Below, in pieces: positions 1-12,000 of a stretch of 64,000 nt of DNA (position 1 is its first letter; each line of letters starts with the position of its first letter). The stretch is taken from the NCBI GenBank assembly GCA_003344405.1, contig NOWV01000237.1:1-64000 (forward strand), written 5' to 3'. Under the pieces are notes generated by a model, which saw nothing but the letters and a program-made list of their open reading frames with translations, was not told the DNA's origin and did no database searches. The position numbers were made by a program, and so were the translations under genes. The stretch is from Trichoplax sp. H2. Taxonomy: Eukaryota.

Positions 1-547
1 AAGGGAAAGTTGTTTCTTTTTGCACTAAATCAGTTCGAGTCGCAACTTGTCTTGGAGATTTGAATTTGAAGGAGAAACTATGGTAACCACGGAATGACTG
101 ACTGACTGACTTTACGATGACAATGATAAGCGATTACCGTAAAAGCCTACTCCAGCGCGGTGAGCTGTCCAGTACCGTGGTGTACTGTACAGTATGCGCC
201 GAGTACTACAGTCCCGTACACTACGGTACTGTATATTTACAGTGAACACTGAATCGGGGTACAGTACTGTACGTGCTGTACGTACTGTACACTGTACAGT
301 ACAGTACAGTAGGAGGAAGCGAGTTCTACAGTACTACAGTGTACAGTATAGTGTACTGTACAGTACACTATACTGCGCAGTCGCTCTTAGACTTCGTGTT
401 GCCGTATGGAAACAATACAGCTTGTACGAGAAGCATTTAACCGCATTTTGCAGTACTGTACAATTTGAACCTGCTACAGTACTATACACTCATTGTACTG
501 TACTGTACACTGTGCAAAGGACGGTCGTACTGTACACTACCAGTACT

Positions 548-829
548 GGAGTGAATAACTGTACCACAAACGACGTCAACCGTCAACGACTGACTGGTTG
601 ACCGGCACTTTCTACTCAGTACAAAGTACTCATACTGACAGTAGTTGACGGTACTATCGAATCAGAACAGGATCTGGAGTGAAGAACTGTACCACAAACG
701 ACGTCAACCGTCAACCAGTCAGTCATTGACTGGTTGACGGTTGACCTGCACTTTCCACCCTGTACAGTACAAAGTACTCATACTGACAGTACTTGACGGT
801 ACTGTACTATCGAATCCAGAACAGGATCA
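548..829. repeat. Two-copy tandem duplication (~130-150 bp units); second copy carries a perfect 19-bp hairpin
   Basis: GGAGTGAA.AACTGTACCACAAACGACGTCAACCGTCAAC...AAAGTACTCATACTGACAGTA...ATCGAATC(C)AGAACAGGATC occurs at ~548-675 and ~676-829. Confidence 0.85.
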
Positions 830-982
830 CTGCAAGGTTAAACCCGTCACTAGCAAATCATTGTTGCGTCAAGAAAGCTCTTTGACATGATAAATCATTC
901 TTGAATTTCGTTTTGAGTTAAGGTTCCATCGCGGCAACTATCCGTCATACAGTCTCCTTTTCGCGACAATGCTGTATAGTTG

Positions 983-1110
983 TACAGGGTGTCTCATCAA
1001 AAATGACCGACGATTGAAATTATGTGAAAACACAATTTCAACACCAAATTAGACAAATTGAGTATCAGTCTATTATAAAGAAGACGCTTTACAGTACAGT
1101 CGAATGATCT
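983..1110 (+). mobile_element. Possible solo terminal remnant of a Tc1/mariner-like DNA transposon or MITE
   Basis: TA followed by CAGGGTGTCTCATCAAAAATGACCGACGATTGAAAT resembles the TA|CAGGGTG... inverted-repeat starts of some Tc1/mariner families. I saw no matching right end and no transposase. The right boundary is a guess. Confidence 0.3.
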
Positions 1111-1644
1111 TTATCCAGGACTGGACACGACACACTACACACTAGTATAGCGCAATTCACTTCGATGGCGTCGAAAATTGAAAGTTGCTATTTGCTAACA
1201 ATCATGTTGAAAATCGATATGTACTATACAGGCAGGAGGATGTCTTTGGGCTTGATTTAGCCTGCACAGCTTATTTTCCTTAGCACTGCCACCCAAGTTA
1301 ATCCTGCGCTATAGTACAGTACACAGTGCCAGTGTACGTACAGCACAGTACACGAATACAGCATATAGTACTGTAGACGGCAAAATGTCATCAGCCCCAC
1401 AAGATCAAGCCTTGTTACACTTACCTTGTGTCTCTTTGCAATTCTTAGGCACATATTTTTCGCTCATGACTTCTTATGTAGTCACTATGATCGACTGTTG
1501 AATACTGTACTAGTATACAGTCTCTTTTGTTGGATAGTCCTTGCTCGAGGCATAAATAAAACTAACAAAAGACCTCCAATAGGCAGGGAGCAGTCTCTGA
1601 AGATGGCTCAACATCAAGAAAAAGCGTTGTGCTGTATTCCACGA

Positions 1645-2880
1645 ATATAGACAAATGCAGCCAGCACTAGAGTAACTACTGTATACTATAGAGGTAACGG
1701 AAAAGTAGTCATGGCCTCCTTAAGAATAATTATAATACTATAGACAAATGCAGCAGTAGAGTCACTACTGTATACTGTAGAGGTAAAGGAAAAGTAGACA
1801 TGGCCTCCTCAAGAATAACATAGACAAATGCAGCAGTGGAGGAACTACTGTATACTGTAGAGGTAATGGAAAAGTAGTCATGGCCTCCTCCATAATCATA
1901 ATAATATAGATAAATGCAGCAGTAGAGTCATTACTGTATACTGTAGAGGTAATGGAAAGGTAGACATGGCCTCCTCGATAATAATAATAATAATATAGAC
2001 AAATGCAGCAGTAGAGGTAATGGAAAAGTAGTCATGGCCTCCTGGATAATAAGAATAATAATATAGACAAATGCAACAGTAGAGGAACTAATGTATACTG
2101 TCGAGGTAATGGAAAAGTAGTCGTGGCCTCCTCCATAATAATATAGACAAATGCAACAGTAGAGGAACTAATGTATACTGTAGAGGTAATGGAAAAGTAG
2201 TCATGGTCTCCTCCATAATAATATAGACAAATGCAACAGTAGAGGAACTAGTGTATACTGTAGAGGTAATGGAAAAGTAGTCATGGTCTCCTCCATAATA
2301 ATATAGACAAATGCAGCAGTAGAGGAACTAATGTATACTGTAGAGGTAATGGAAAAGTAGTCATGGTCTCCTCCATAATAATATAGACAAATGCAGCAGT
2401 AGAGGAACTAGTGTATACTGTAGAGGTAATGGAAAAGTAGTCGTGGCCTCCTCCATAATAATATAGACAAATGCAGCAGTAGAGGAACTAATGTATACTG
2501 TAGAGGTAATGGAAAAGTAGTCATGGCCTCCTGGATAATAATATAGACAAATGCAACAGTAAAGGAACTAGTGTATACTGTAGAGGTAATGGAAAAGTAG
2601 TCATGGCCTCCTGGATAATAAGAATAATAATATAGACAAATGCAACAGTAAAGGAACTAGTGTATACTGTAGCGGTAATGGAAAAGTAGTCATGGCCTCC
2701 TGGAAAATAAAAATCATAATATAGACAAATGCAGCAGTAGAGGAACTACTGAACAGAAATGCTGGAAGAGAAAGCGTTCTATTGTACAGTATTCGACAAA
2801 TGCAGCTCTACAGTCACTAATGTAGTGCATACTGTACTGTACTCAGTAGAGGTAATGGAAAAGTGAGTCATGGTCTCCTC
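1645..2880. repeat. Minisatellite, ~80-bp unit, ~14 copies plus a degenerate last copy
   Basis: Unit ATAGACAAATGCAGCAGTAGAGGAACTA.TGTATACTGTAGAGGTAATGGAAAAGTAGTCATGGCCTCCTCCATAATAAT. Exact 80-bp period at 2143, 2223, 2303, 2383, 2463 and 2543. Length varies mainly in the (ATA)n linker. Confidence 0.97.
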
Positions 2881-3177
2881 GATGCTTTGTACTGTATAGT
2901 ACAGTACAAAGCATCGTAGAGTAATCGAAAGGGAGAATATCAAATTCTATCATCCTATCGTGCCCCCCCTCCCCTTACTCAACAGTACTGTATGGACAAG
3001 ACTATTACACCGAACGTCGATTGTGCTATACTGTACAGTACAACAGTTTGACCAATGCGTGTTGCTAGCTAACTGGAGATCGCGTTGCAGTCAATTAAGT
3101 TTTCAAATTAATAATCACCCGCTTGGCGGTGACAATCATTAATTTATTGATACCAATCGATCGTCTAACCAGTCTAA

Positions 3178-5407
3178 ATGTATCCCATTTTAGAAGCCAA
3201 TCGTTTAGCTGAAATGAACACTTGGTATGCTGTTCATTGCAATGGTCAATTACCAACGGCTCGTTTAGGCCATTCTTGTACTTCACTCCACTGCCATCCA
3301 TCGCAGAGCCCAACAGTTGCCAAGGTAATACTATTGGCTGGAGCGACAACGGAGAAACCTCTAGATGATGCTTTCATCTTTGATACAGGTAATTGGTCTA
3401 TCCAACGCTTACACTTACAATTCAAACTCAATATACTGCAGTCTTGAATCGCTGTCGATAGTGGATATACAATCAGTAGCTTCAACATGGGATTGCGTTG
3501 AGTCGAGATTCAAACTCGTTGTCAGAAACAAGGATGGTATTTCATATCACTTTTTGCTATGGCTCTTTCTCGATTAGAGATAGTTCCTACTTTGATGATT
3601 CATTTAGATTGGAAGAACTCGTCTGCGATGCAATGCTTTAATCCATCAGGACGATTGAAAACATGCTTAAAAATGACTACGATAAGGCAATCAATGGTAG
3701 TGTAACATGGAAATGTCAAGATTGTAAGCGTTATTGATTGACGGGATGGGATTGATTGCGCATCATGTTATCCATCTTGATAGTCAGACGACTATTTTTG
3801 TGCTACTGCCGTCATATCATTCGTCAGCGCATAATTAGGCTCTCTTGCTGCTCGTTCTATCATCAACTAGACATTTGCCATAGATATGTAGAGATAGTCT
3901 ACAGCATGTTGCCGCAACGTCAACGAATCGATAGCGCTATAACCTTCGTTTTGGTCCAATATCAAGTCAATACTAACTTGACATAATACTTCTATTTCGC
4001 TTTTCAGATTGCTTTACTTTTAAGCAGTTGTGTAACCAAAGCAATTTTACTCCGCGTTATGAGCATTTTTGTTGCTCTCATGGCAATGAATTACTCGTCT
4101 TTGGTGGTGCTAGTGCTAGCGATAACTATAACGATACGTGGCTTTACAACCCAGGTTTGCAAAGAATAACATTCAAATGAATAAAAGTTATCTTAATATT
4201 AGCGTACAGATAGGATGCTACTCATATCATAACAAATACTAAAAAATCCTACCCAATACATTGTTACTTAGAACTTGGTACTTGGAAGCGTATTGCGGCT
4301 AGCGGTCAATTGCCCGCACCTCGAACGGCTCGATATTGCGGTGGGATTGCCAACAATATTGTATATATATTTGGCGGTGGCATGAATGGCGCTGTTCCTG
4401 TAGCTGATCAAAAGCTGCATTTTTTACACTTAGGTTAGAATTGAGTTCAAATTTTTGCTTGTATATAGACACTCCATCTGCTGAATTCAGTTTTAATTCA
4501 TTATCTCTATCATAAAAATTATTTATTATCGAATTGTGCCACAAGATGAAGCAAATAGTTCATGGAATGTACGTCAAGTAAATGGTAATGCCCCATTGTC
4601 GCGCCAAGGTCATACAGTCGCGGTAGTGGGTAATCAAATATTAATTTATGGAGGGATGACTAATGATGGCTTTCTAGATGATATGTACATGTTTGACATC
4701 GGTATGAAGAGAGTAATGACAGTACTAAACATAAAATGCATTGAAAGCATTCATTGTGAGACAATTCTTGCGTCCTCTGTAGAAACCAATACCTGGAGTC
4801 AAATACAACCTTCAGGTGATATTCCTCCAGAGCGGGCTGCACACGCAGTAGCTGTATATGAAAATGATATGTATATATTTGGTGGAATGAATTCATCTGG
4901 AGCGCTGAATGATTTTTACGTATTTCAAACTAGTAAGTTGAAATTATTCTATTTTTAGAATAGTAGTAGTATTGACATAATGCAATTTACTCTAGTCATT
5001 AGAAAGATGTCTTATTTTCAAACTTGACTAGTACATATGCGCATTAAATATCGAGTGGTTCATAATCTTTGCTAAAACTGTTTTAGATCGACAAAAGTGG
5101 CGTAAAATTTCAGTGGAAGGTCAACAACCGTCTCCCAGACTAGACCATTCCATGTGCATTGCACGTTTGAAAAAACCAGACTCTACTACTGGTAAGCGGT
5201 TATAACCTTTGATTTTTACTACCAACTTTGATGATAAATCTTTACTCTCAAAAAATGTAACATAAGCACTTCTTTTATGGTTTGTTTATTTCATTTGTAG
5301 AAGTTGATAGCGTAGCAGGAGACGAACAAATCTTATTGTTTATGTTTGGTGGTGTAAATACTATTGGAGAAATGCACGATGACTTTAAGGCCTATAGAAT
5401 TCATTAA
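3178..5407 (+). CDS. RABEPK: Rab9 effector protein with kelch motifs (p40)-like, 7 exons
   Basis: Exons ~3178-3388, 4008-4154, 4272-4433, 4546-4701, 4783-4932, 5087-5191 and 5301-5407 splice in frame. Kelch blades ARLGHSC, PRYEH..FGGA, PAPRT..YIFGGG, SRQGHT..IYGG, RAAHA..YIFGGM and PRLDHSMCI follow the RABEPK motif order. The N-terminus MYPILE..WY also fits. Confidence 0.88.
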
Positions 5408-6049
5408 CCGTAGTATAACAGGTCGTAAAACATTACTTTCTACTGTACTTTTTAACTAATTCAAGTTCGATTTATTTTCTACATTTTTTTGCCTTCTTTT
5501 ACCGCTGATGATATTAGCTCTGTCATGAAAGTAACGAAATTAACGATGTAAATAATAATTAATTTTGGTGATTTTAAAAGTAGTATAATATGCTTTTAAT
5601 TATGGAATAATAATCCGAAACTTGGACAACGTTGACAATAGCCAACTACGAAATTATTTTGTTATTAAAATTATATCAAACATTTATTTTAAATAAAATG
5701 GAATCTTGATCATTTTCGCTAAAGTAACATTTCTTTTATTGTTACGTGAAATAACTTAATATACCCAAAATGATGTGATTGATGTAAAAATAAATCATTA
5801 TATTATGCGAAAAAGAATTAATAACCAAAGAGTTATAGGTCGCCAGCAAGGTTCAATCCATGTCATACAACATTTTCAAATTTATAAAAAAGGACATTTG
5901 ATTGTCAACTATCGTTAACGCGTCAAAATATGTTAGAATGAAATAGAATAATTAAAAATTTGGAATAATCCTGCTGGTTGTCTGCATTATTTTAAAGCGT
6001 TGTATTCTAACTGGAATTCTTACAAAATTATATAAATTCTTATTTAAAG

Positions 6050-9000
6050 CTATTGAAAGAAGTCGTCTACTGTAACATCGGCATTTTGATTGGAATCATT
6101 GTTGCTTCGGCTTTTATTGCTGCTCTTATGACTTCGATTAGTTTCATTCAGGATCGGTTCAGTATCATCCATGCTATACTTTCTTTCTTTCGACGATTTT
6201 GCTCTCCTAAAAGATAAAGCCGTTCTTATCAATTTCAAAATAATATCCTAATTGATATCAGTACGTGTCCCTTTTCACTCTTAATAAAACCGTGGACTAA
6301 CTCATGAATCCAATCAAGTTCAAAATAACCTACTTTTTCTCCTTTTTAGTTTTAGTAGAAGTTGGCCTGGGAAGATCGTCTTCCGGAAAGATACTATCAT
6401 TGGTAGCATGTGACTTATATTCTCGATTTTCTCTAATTCTCTCCGCTAATGGCTTGGTTTTTTCAAATTTTGATGTACTAAAAGGAAATAATTTAAAATT
6501 GAACTCAAATGAATTTGATGTAGATGAATGTAACTTAATATAGTATCTAATTAATTTCCCATATCGGAATTTGTATTCCCTTGATTACAATATAAACTAA
6601 CTTGACCTCGTCAGCTAGCTACGACATTTTTCATACGTAATTGAACTCACATAAAATTTACATCCATCCAGATCTCAACTAAAGTACAGTTTATTTAACT
6701 GACGATGACAAAAAATTGTACGTTGATAAGTTATATTATTTACTTTTACTCTACAACAAAGCTGACAAAGTAAAATTGTCGAGATCATTGTACAGTTAAA
6801 ATGAAATTATTTTGAAACCAAGTACAGGTATGTGTAATAGGCAACGAATTACGATTAAAATTTGCTTCATTATTGTGTAGTATCATAATAGCTAAGTTAA
6901 TGTACAACTTTATAATAGTATTATTGTAGAAAGTGCCCAGCGGCATCCATCTTTTGTATTAGCTTATTTAAGACACCTACAAATGAGTAGATGTATCAAT
7001 GTGATGAAATCTAAGCGATATTGTTAGGGTGAACTAATTCTGCTATTATAGTTATCAGGAGTTAATTAGCCCTGATTGCATTTAAATCATACTTTAGGCT
7101 ATTTTGTTGGCTAAGTTTACCAAAATGACAACAAAGCCAATATCACAAATACTAGGTAGCAGACTAGCAATGGCATAATGGCTAACATAATTACAATGCT
7201 AGTTTAGTCGAAATAATGCAATGGTATATTCATATGCATCAATTCATCTATCCATTATGATTGTTATCCTTGTATAAGAGTAATGATTGGCTAAGCTAGT
7301 AGTTTATAGCAATGATGTATTACATATGTATAAACACATCGCCTTGTCAGGTTATATTATACTTTTATTGGATAATTTTATCATATAAAGCTCTATCTCA
7401 TTACTTATTTGATAAGCTATATTAACTGAGCTATACTTTTTTAATAATTTCTGATGGTGCTAGATTCGACGACCATAGCCTTGATATGCTACTAATATAG
7501 TTTCGATGTGGTTGATTCTTGGTTTAAAGACGATAATAATTTGCTACATACGATGTACTTACATCAATTTGGTTTTTCCGTTTTTCTTCTTATTTTTAGC
7601 CTTGGGATTTTTATATTCAGAATCGTAGATAACTTTGAGCATATTAGACAACTCTTCGCTGGTTTTTCTTGGGAAAAGCAATTTTAAGACTTCCATGAGT
7701 TCTTCTTGTTCAAATTTACCAAGTTTGACTAATGAACCAATTAATCTTAATTGTTGTTCTTCGACGGCTTTAAATTCTTTCAATCGAAATTCGCGGTTTA
7801 AGTCTTCTAGGCTTTGACGAATACGTACATCCATGCTCTGCTTGTATTGCTCTAGTTCTTCGTTAAATTTAGCCTTTAACATTGCTCTTCTAACGTGCCA
7901 GGCAAATTTGTTACCTTCTGCTTTTGCTGCTTTCATTGTGTCCTTCAGTATAAAAAATGAGGTATTACTATAATTAGGTATATATTGAAACCACTTGATA
8001 CACTAGAAGCTATAAAATATTGCTATAAGTCAGAGTGAATACTACAGTCACAATTAAATATACCATCTAGTAATATTATCAATATAATTTAACAATTAAT
8101 AACAATTTCGAAATTAAATTATTTACGTCGTGTTCCCTTCTTATAGCGTTAATATTTTGCTCTCTCATTCTGCTTAATCGCTCTTCTAATAACTATAAAA
8201 AAATAAGTAATAATTTTATTACCAAGCTAAGTGATTACACTACTTTGTATATTATTATTGAGCATGTTTTAAATTAATAAATCACCCAAAGTATTACATA
8301 AATCCTTACCTTGGCTTGCTTTTCACGTTCTTGAGTCAATTTTTTGTTTAGTCGATCTACTCCCTAAATAGTTTAAGTATAATCACGCGTCATAAGACGT
8401 ATTCCAAGATAGTGCAATATTATATAGCTCATCTGATGCTAACTTCATTGTGTTTTTCGAAAATTTCTTGAGATCCAGAAGTATCTACAACTCCACGATC
8501 AGCAAGATCGTCGATCATATTTAACTATAGCCCAATTATAAATAAGTTCTATTAGCTATCGATCAGCATAGTACACGAGTAGTATTACATAGACGAAGAT
8601 AAATTCATTTCCTAACTTGTGCACACCAAGCTTACCTGTAATTTAGCTAAAGTTTGCTGTTGGGATTCAATTACAGCAAGCTATGAATATAATAGTGCCA
8701 TAAATTAGCATATCTTGCCTGCTATGATGCATTAGTTCTGTTTTCATACTATATTATTTCAAGATAACCGAGAATGGAGTAGGTATGCTATAGTAAATAC
8801 TAGAGATCTGTGATACCTGTCTTGCTTTCTCCATTTGCAAAGATGCAACCATAGCGCCAAGTTTTTCCTCTTGTTCCATTAATGCTATTTCTCTTTGTTG
8901 GATCATTTCTTCTTGAATCTATATTTTAAAATAAAAGTAACTCAGTTACAAGATACAATATTGCAAAAACGAATATTATATAAGTTCATTCAAATATAAC

Positions 9001-12000
9001 TAACATCTTCTAGAACATCTTCTCCAAATTGTTCTGCAAGTTGTAGCATTTTTGTTTTCTCGCCGATTTCTTTCTGTATCATGTTGAAATCAACATCATC
9101 CGCTTTAGCATTTGCTTCGTTAACATCTTCAACTTCCTCTTCAATTTTATTTTGCATTTTCTACACGGTAACAATAGTTTTAGAATCCTTTTTATACGGG
9201 CTATAATTAGTATTCAGTTAGGATTTAAGGCATAAGAATAACGCATTGCTGGTATTAAATTCAGAGGGTGAAATTAATTATGGTAACTTTTGTCATGACT
9301 CTATAAAGTAATTTTATGGCATTTTGATATTTTCGTAACTACATAATTATACATTAAAATGAAATGACTGCGTTCTTATATTAATAGTCCTAGTCGAATC
9401 GATATCTTCCAGCTTCTAGCGGGTAATTTTACGGTATGAGAATAACTTAGGAGATATAAAGCTGTAATGAAATTGCTATTTTTTTACTCTTGGTTCTAGT
9501 CAAATCAATATCTTGCAGCCTATAATCGATAATTTTAATTACCTTTGTCTCTTTCCTAATCTTACGTTCGATTTTTTCAGTTTCACGATTCTTCCGATTT
9601 GAAAGCTTTTCTTGAATTAATCGTTTTTGGCGTAGTTTATTCAATGCCAAACTAATAAATGTTGATTTTATTAATATTAATTATATTATTCCTTCAATAT
9701 CGCTATTTAACTCCAAATAGTGGAAATGAAAGGAGTGCTTTAGAGGTGTATATACTTGTATTAGGTTTATGCTTGCTAATTGATTTGCCTTGTTACAGGG
9801 CGATTTATAGTATGTAGCAAAACAGATAATAGCAAGATAGCCTGCAAGAAATTCTGCTTGTGTATACGGCAGTTCGAGCTAACGATTCTTATCCTACCTG
9901 TTAGAGATTTTAGCAGCTTGTTTATCATGTTCCTGAATTAATTTTTTCCTATCTTCTTGAGATAGAACTAGCTGGTTGTCTATAATTTGGCTATTAGAGT
10001 AAAATATATATTGAATTCGATGTAATATGAACAGTTTAATATCAAGAAAACAAGAGTCGATTAAATATTTTAAGTTTACTTGCACTAATATTCAAATAGA
10101 GGTATTATCGGATTTTCCAACTTACTTTACAAGTTTCTCTTCATGCTGTAAAGCGGACTCTTCAGCTTCAATTTCCTTTTGACGTCTTTCCTTCATTCTT
10201 TTTCTTGATTCTTTTAGTCGTTCCTACACAAGCATTAATAAAATAGATCAGCATGATAGTTGGCAACATTAAAATAATTTCATATCTACTGCTGAAATGT
10301 CTATTTACTTGTAATTGCTCTCGCTGTCGATTTGATTCTTGTTCATATGCAGCTTGAGACTGTTCCAAATTATTAAAATAGTTGTTGAAAATTTGGCCTG
10401 AAGATTGCTCTAACGAACCAACTGGGATATTTTGAAATAAGTTATAAAAATCTCTTTAGTATAATCAATTACGTAAACAATATTATTTTTGTTTAATAAC
10501 TTTAATTGCCAGTATACTAACCTGTTTTTTGTAAAGTTTTTACAAAATTATCAATATTTGCACGCATCTGCTTAATAATATCTAGCGATAGTTGTCGGAG
10601 GCTAGTTTGAACCTCTTCAATAGCCTAAAATTAACAAGAAGAGTAGTACACTAATCAATTAAACTCATTCGATTCGTATAAGTATGGAATTTTTCAGTAT
10701 ATTTGTGCAGCATGGCATTGTATTACATCCTATTATTGCGTGACTCCATTGTGATCTCATTTAGACCATAATATACGTAAAATTAGACGAGATTACTGAT
10801 ATTGAGCAAAAATATGATAATCACTGAAATTCTTAATAAATTCAGTATTAGCGCATTTCTTTTTACCTTACTATCCATTTTGGCAACAACAATTTCCATT
10901 TCCTCTCGTTGATCATTAACCAGGGAACTCTTCTGTCTGATAAGCTGATCAATTGCTGTACAGTAAACACAGATAAGATATTAATAAAATGTTAACTCAT
11001 ATGCATATCAAGCAGTAATGCTGGCATGATCTTAAATTTTAACTGGTGAAATAATTTGCCGTATTTTTGATGAGGAAAGAACATAAAATTATGGAAAGTA
11101 TGGAACGTCTATCTTACTTATTTTGCCGTTTTTTAGGTCGTCTTGCATATGTGAAAATTTTTCATCACGAAATTTTTTGTGCTCTTGGCTCTATAAGTTA
11201 ACATGGAAATGAGAAGTTTAATTAATAGATTGCCTTAACATTATATTATCTGCTCTGAGCGTAGATTAATGTTATTGGCACCTTTAAATTCTAAAGTATA
11301 GCTATTAACTGTACAAATTATCGCTGTTATTATGTAGAATGTTGTGATCTATACTAAGAGTCTTTTGCTTATTAGATATAGATGACATCAAGTTTAGTTA
11401 GGTTGTCACGAAGGCGCTTGGCTGCAATAAGTTTCATTAGCCAGCAACAACAATAACTAGAACTGCAGTTTCCTTTTAGCAGTTACTTATTCGTTATCGT
11501 AAATTTAGATTATTATTCTAAATGTACCTTATAGTAGAAAATTATATATGTAAATCGCGTAATTATTAGTTAATTACCATTTGCTTTAGTTGCTTCTTTT
11601 GTTCATCTGTTAAACGTTTTTGTAAACTACGACACAGATTCGTTTGATCGCGTTTAAATCGCTCGAATAACGCATCTCCTTCTTTATCGATCTTAAATAT
11701 CAATTTTTCAGCTTGAGAACTTGAAATTTTTTGTTGTCTACAGCAAAGGATTGAAATAAATTGTGAGAAAGTTGTAGATAGTATTTGTTGCAATAATTGC
11801 TGTTACTCTTATGCTACATTTCTCACTAATGTATGCAAACATCAGTGAGTTCAGTTTTGAAAGCTACACCTTGCGTATCAAGTAAGCAAGTTATGAAGTA
11901 GCTACTTTGACATATAATATGGAATACAACAGCAATATTATTAATCCATTCAGAAATATTTTAGCTAATTCTATAGCCAACTTACTGTATTAATTCATCC

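Noticed and set aside
194..601. 135-aa ORF rich in Y/C/T/V/S
   Set aside because: Its composition is a by-product of TACTGTACAG motifs and it has no domain features.
1645..2880. Regularly spaced repeats resembling a CRISPR array
   Set aside because: The whole 80-bp unit is repeated with no unique spacers, there are no cas genes, and the context is eukaryotic.
7559..7936. Apparent stop and gene end of the coiled-coil protein at 7559
   Set aside because: The stop lies inside a GTAAGT donor. Two further in-phase exons (~6334-6477 and 6050-6207) extend the gene.
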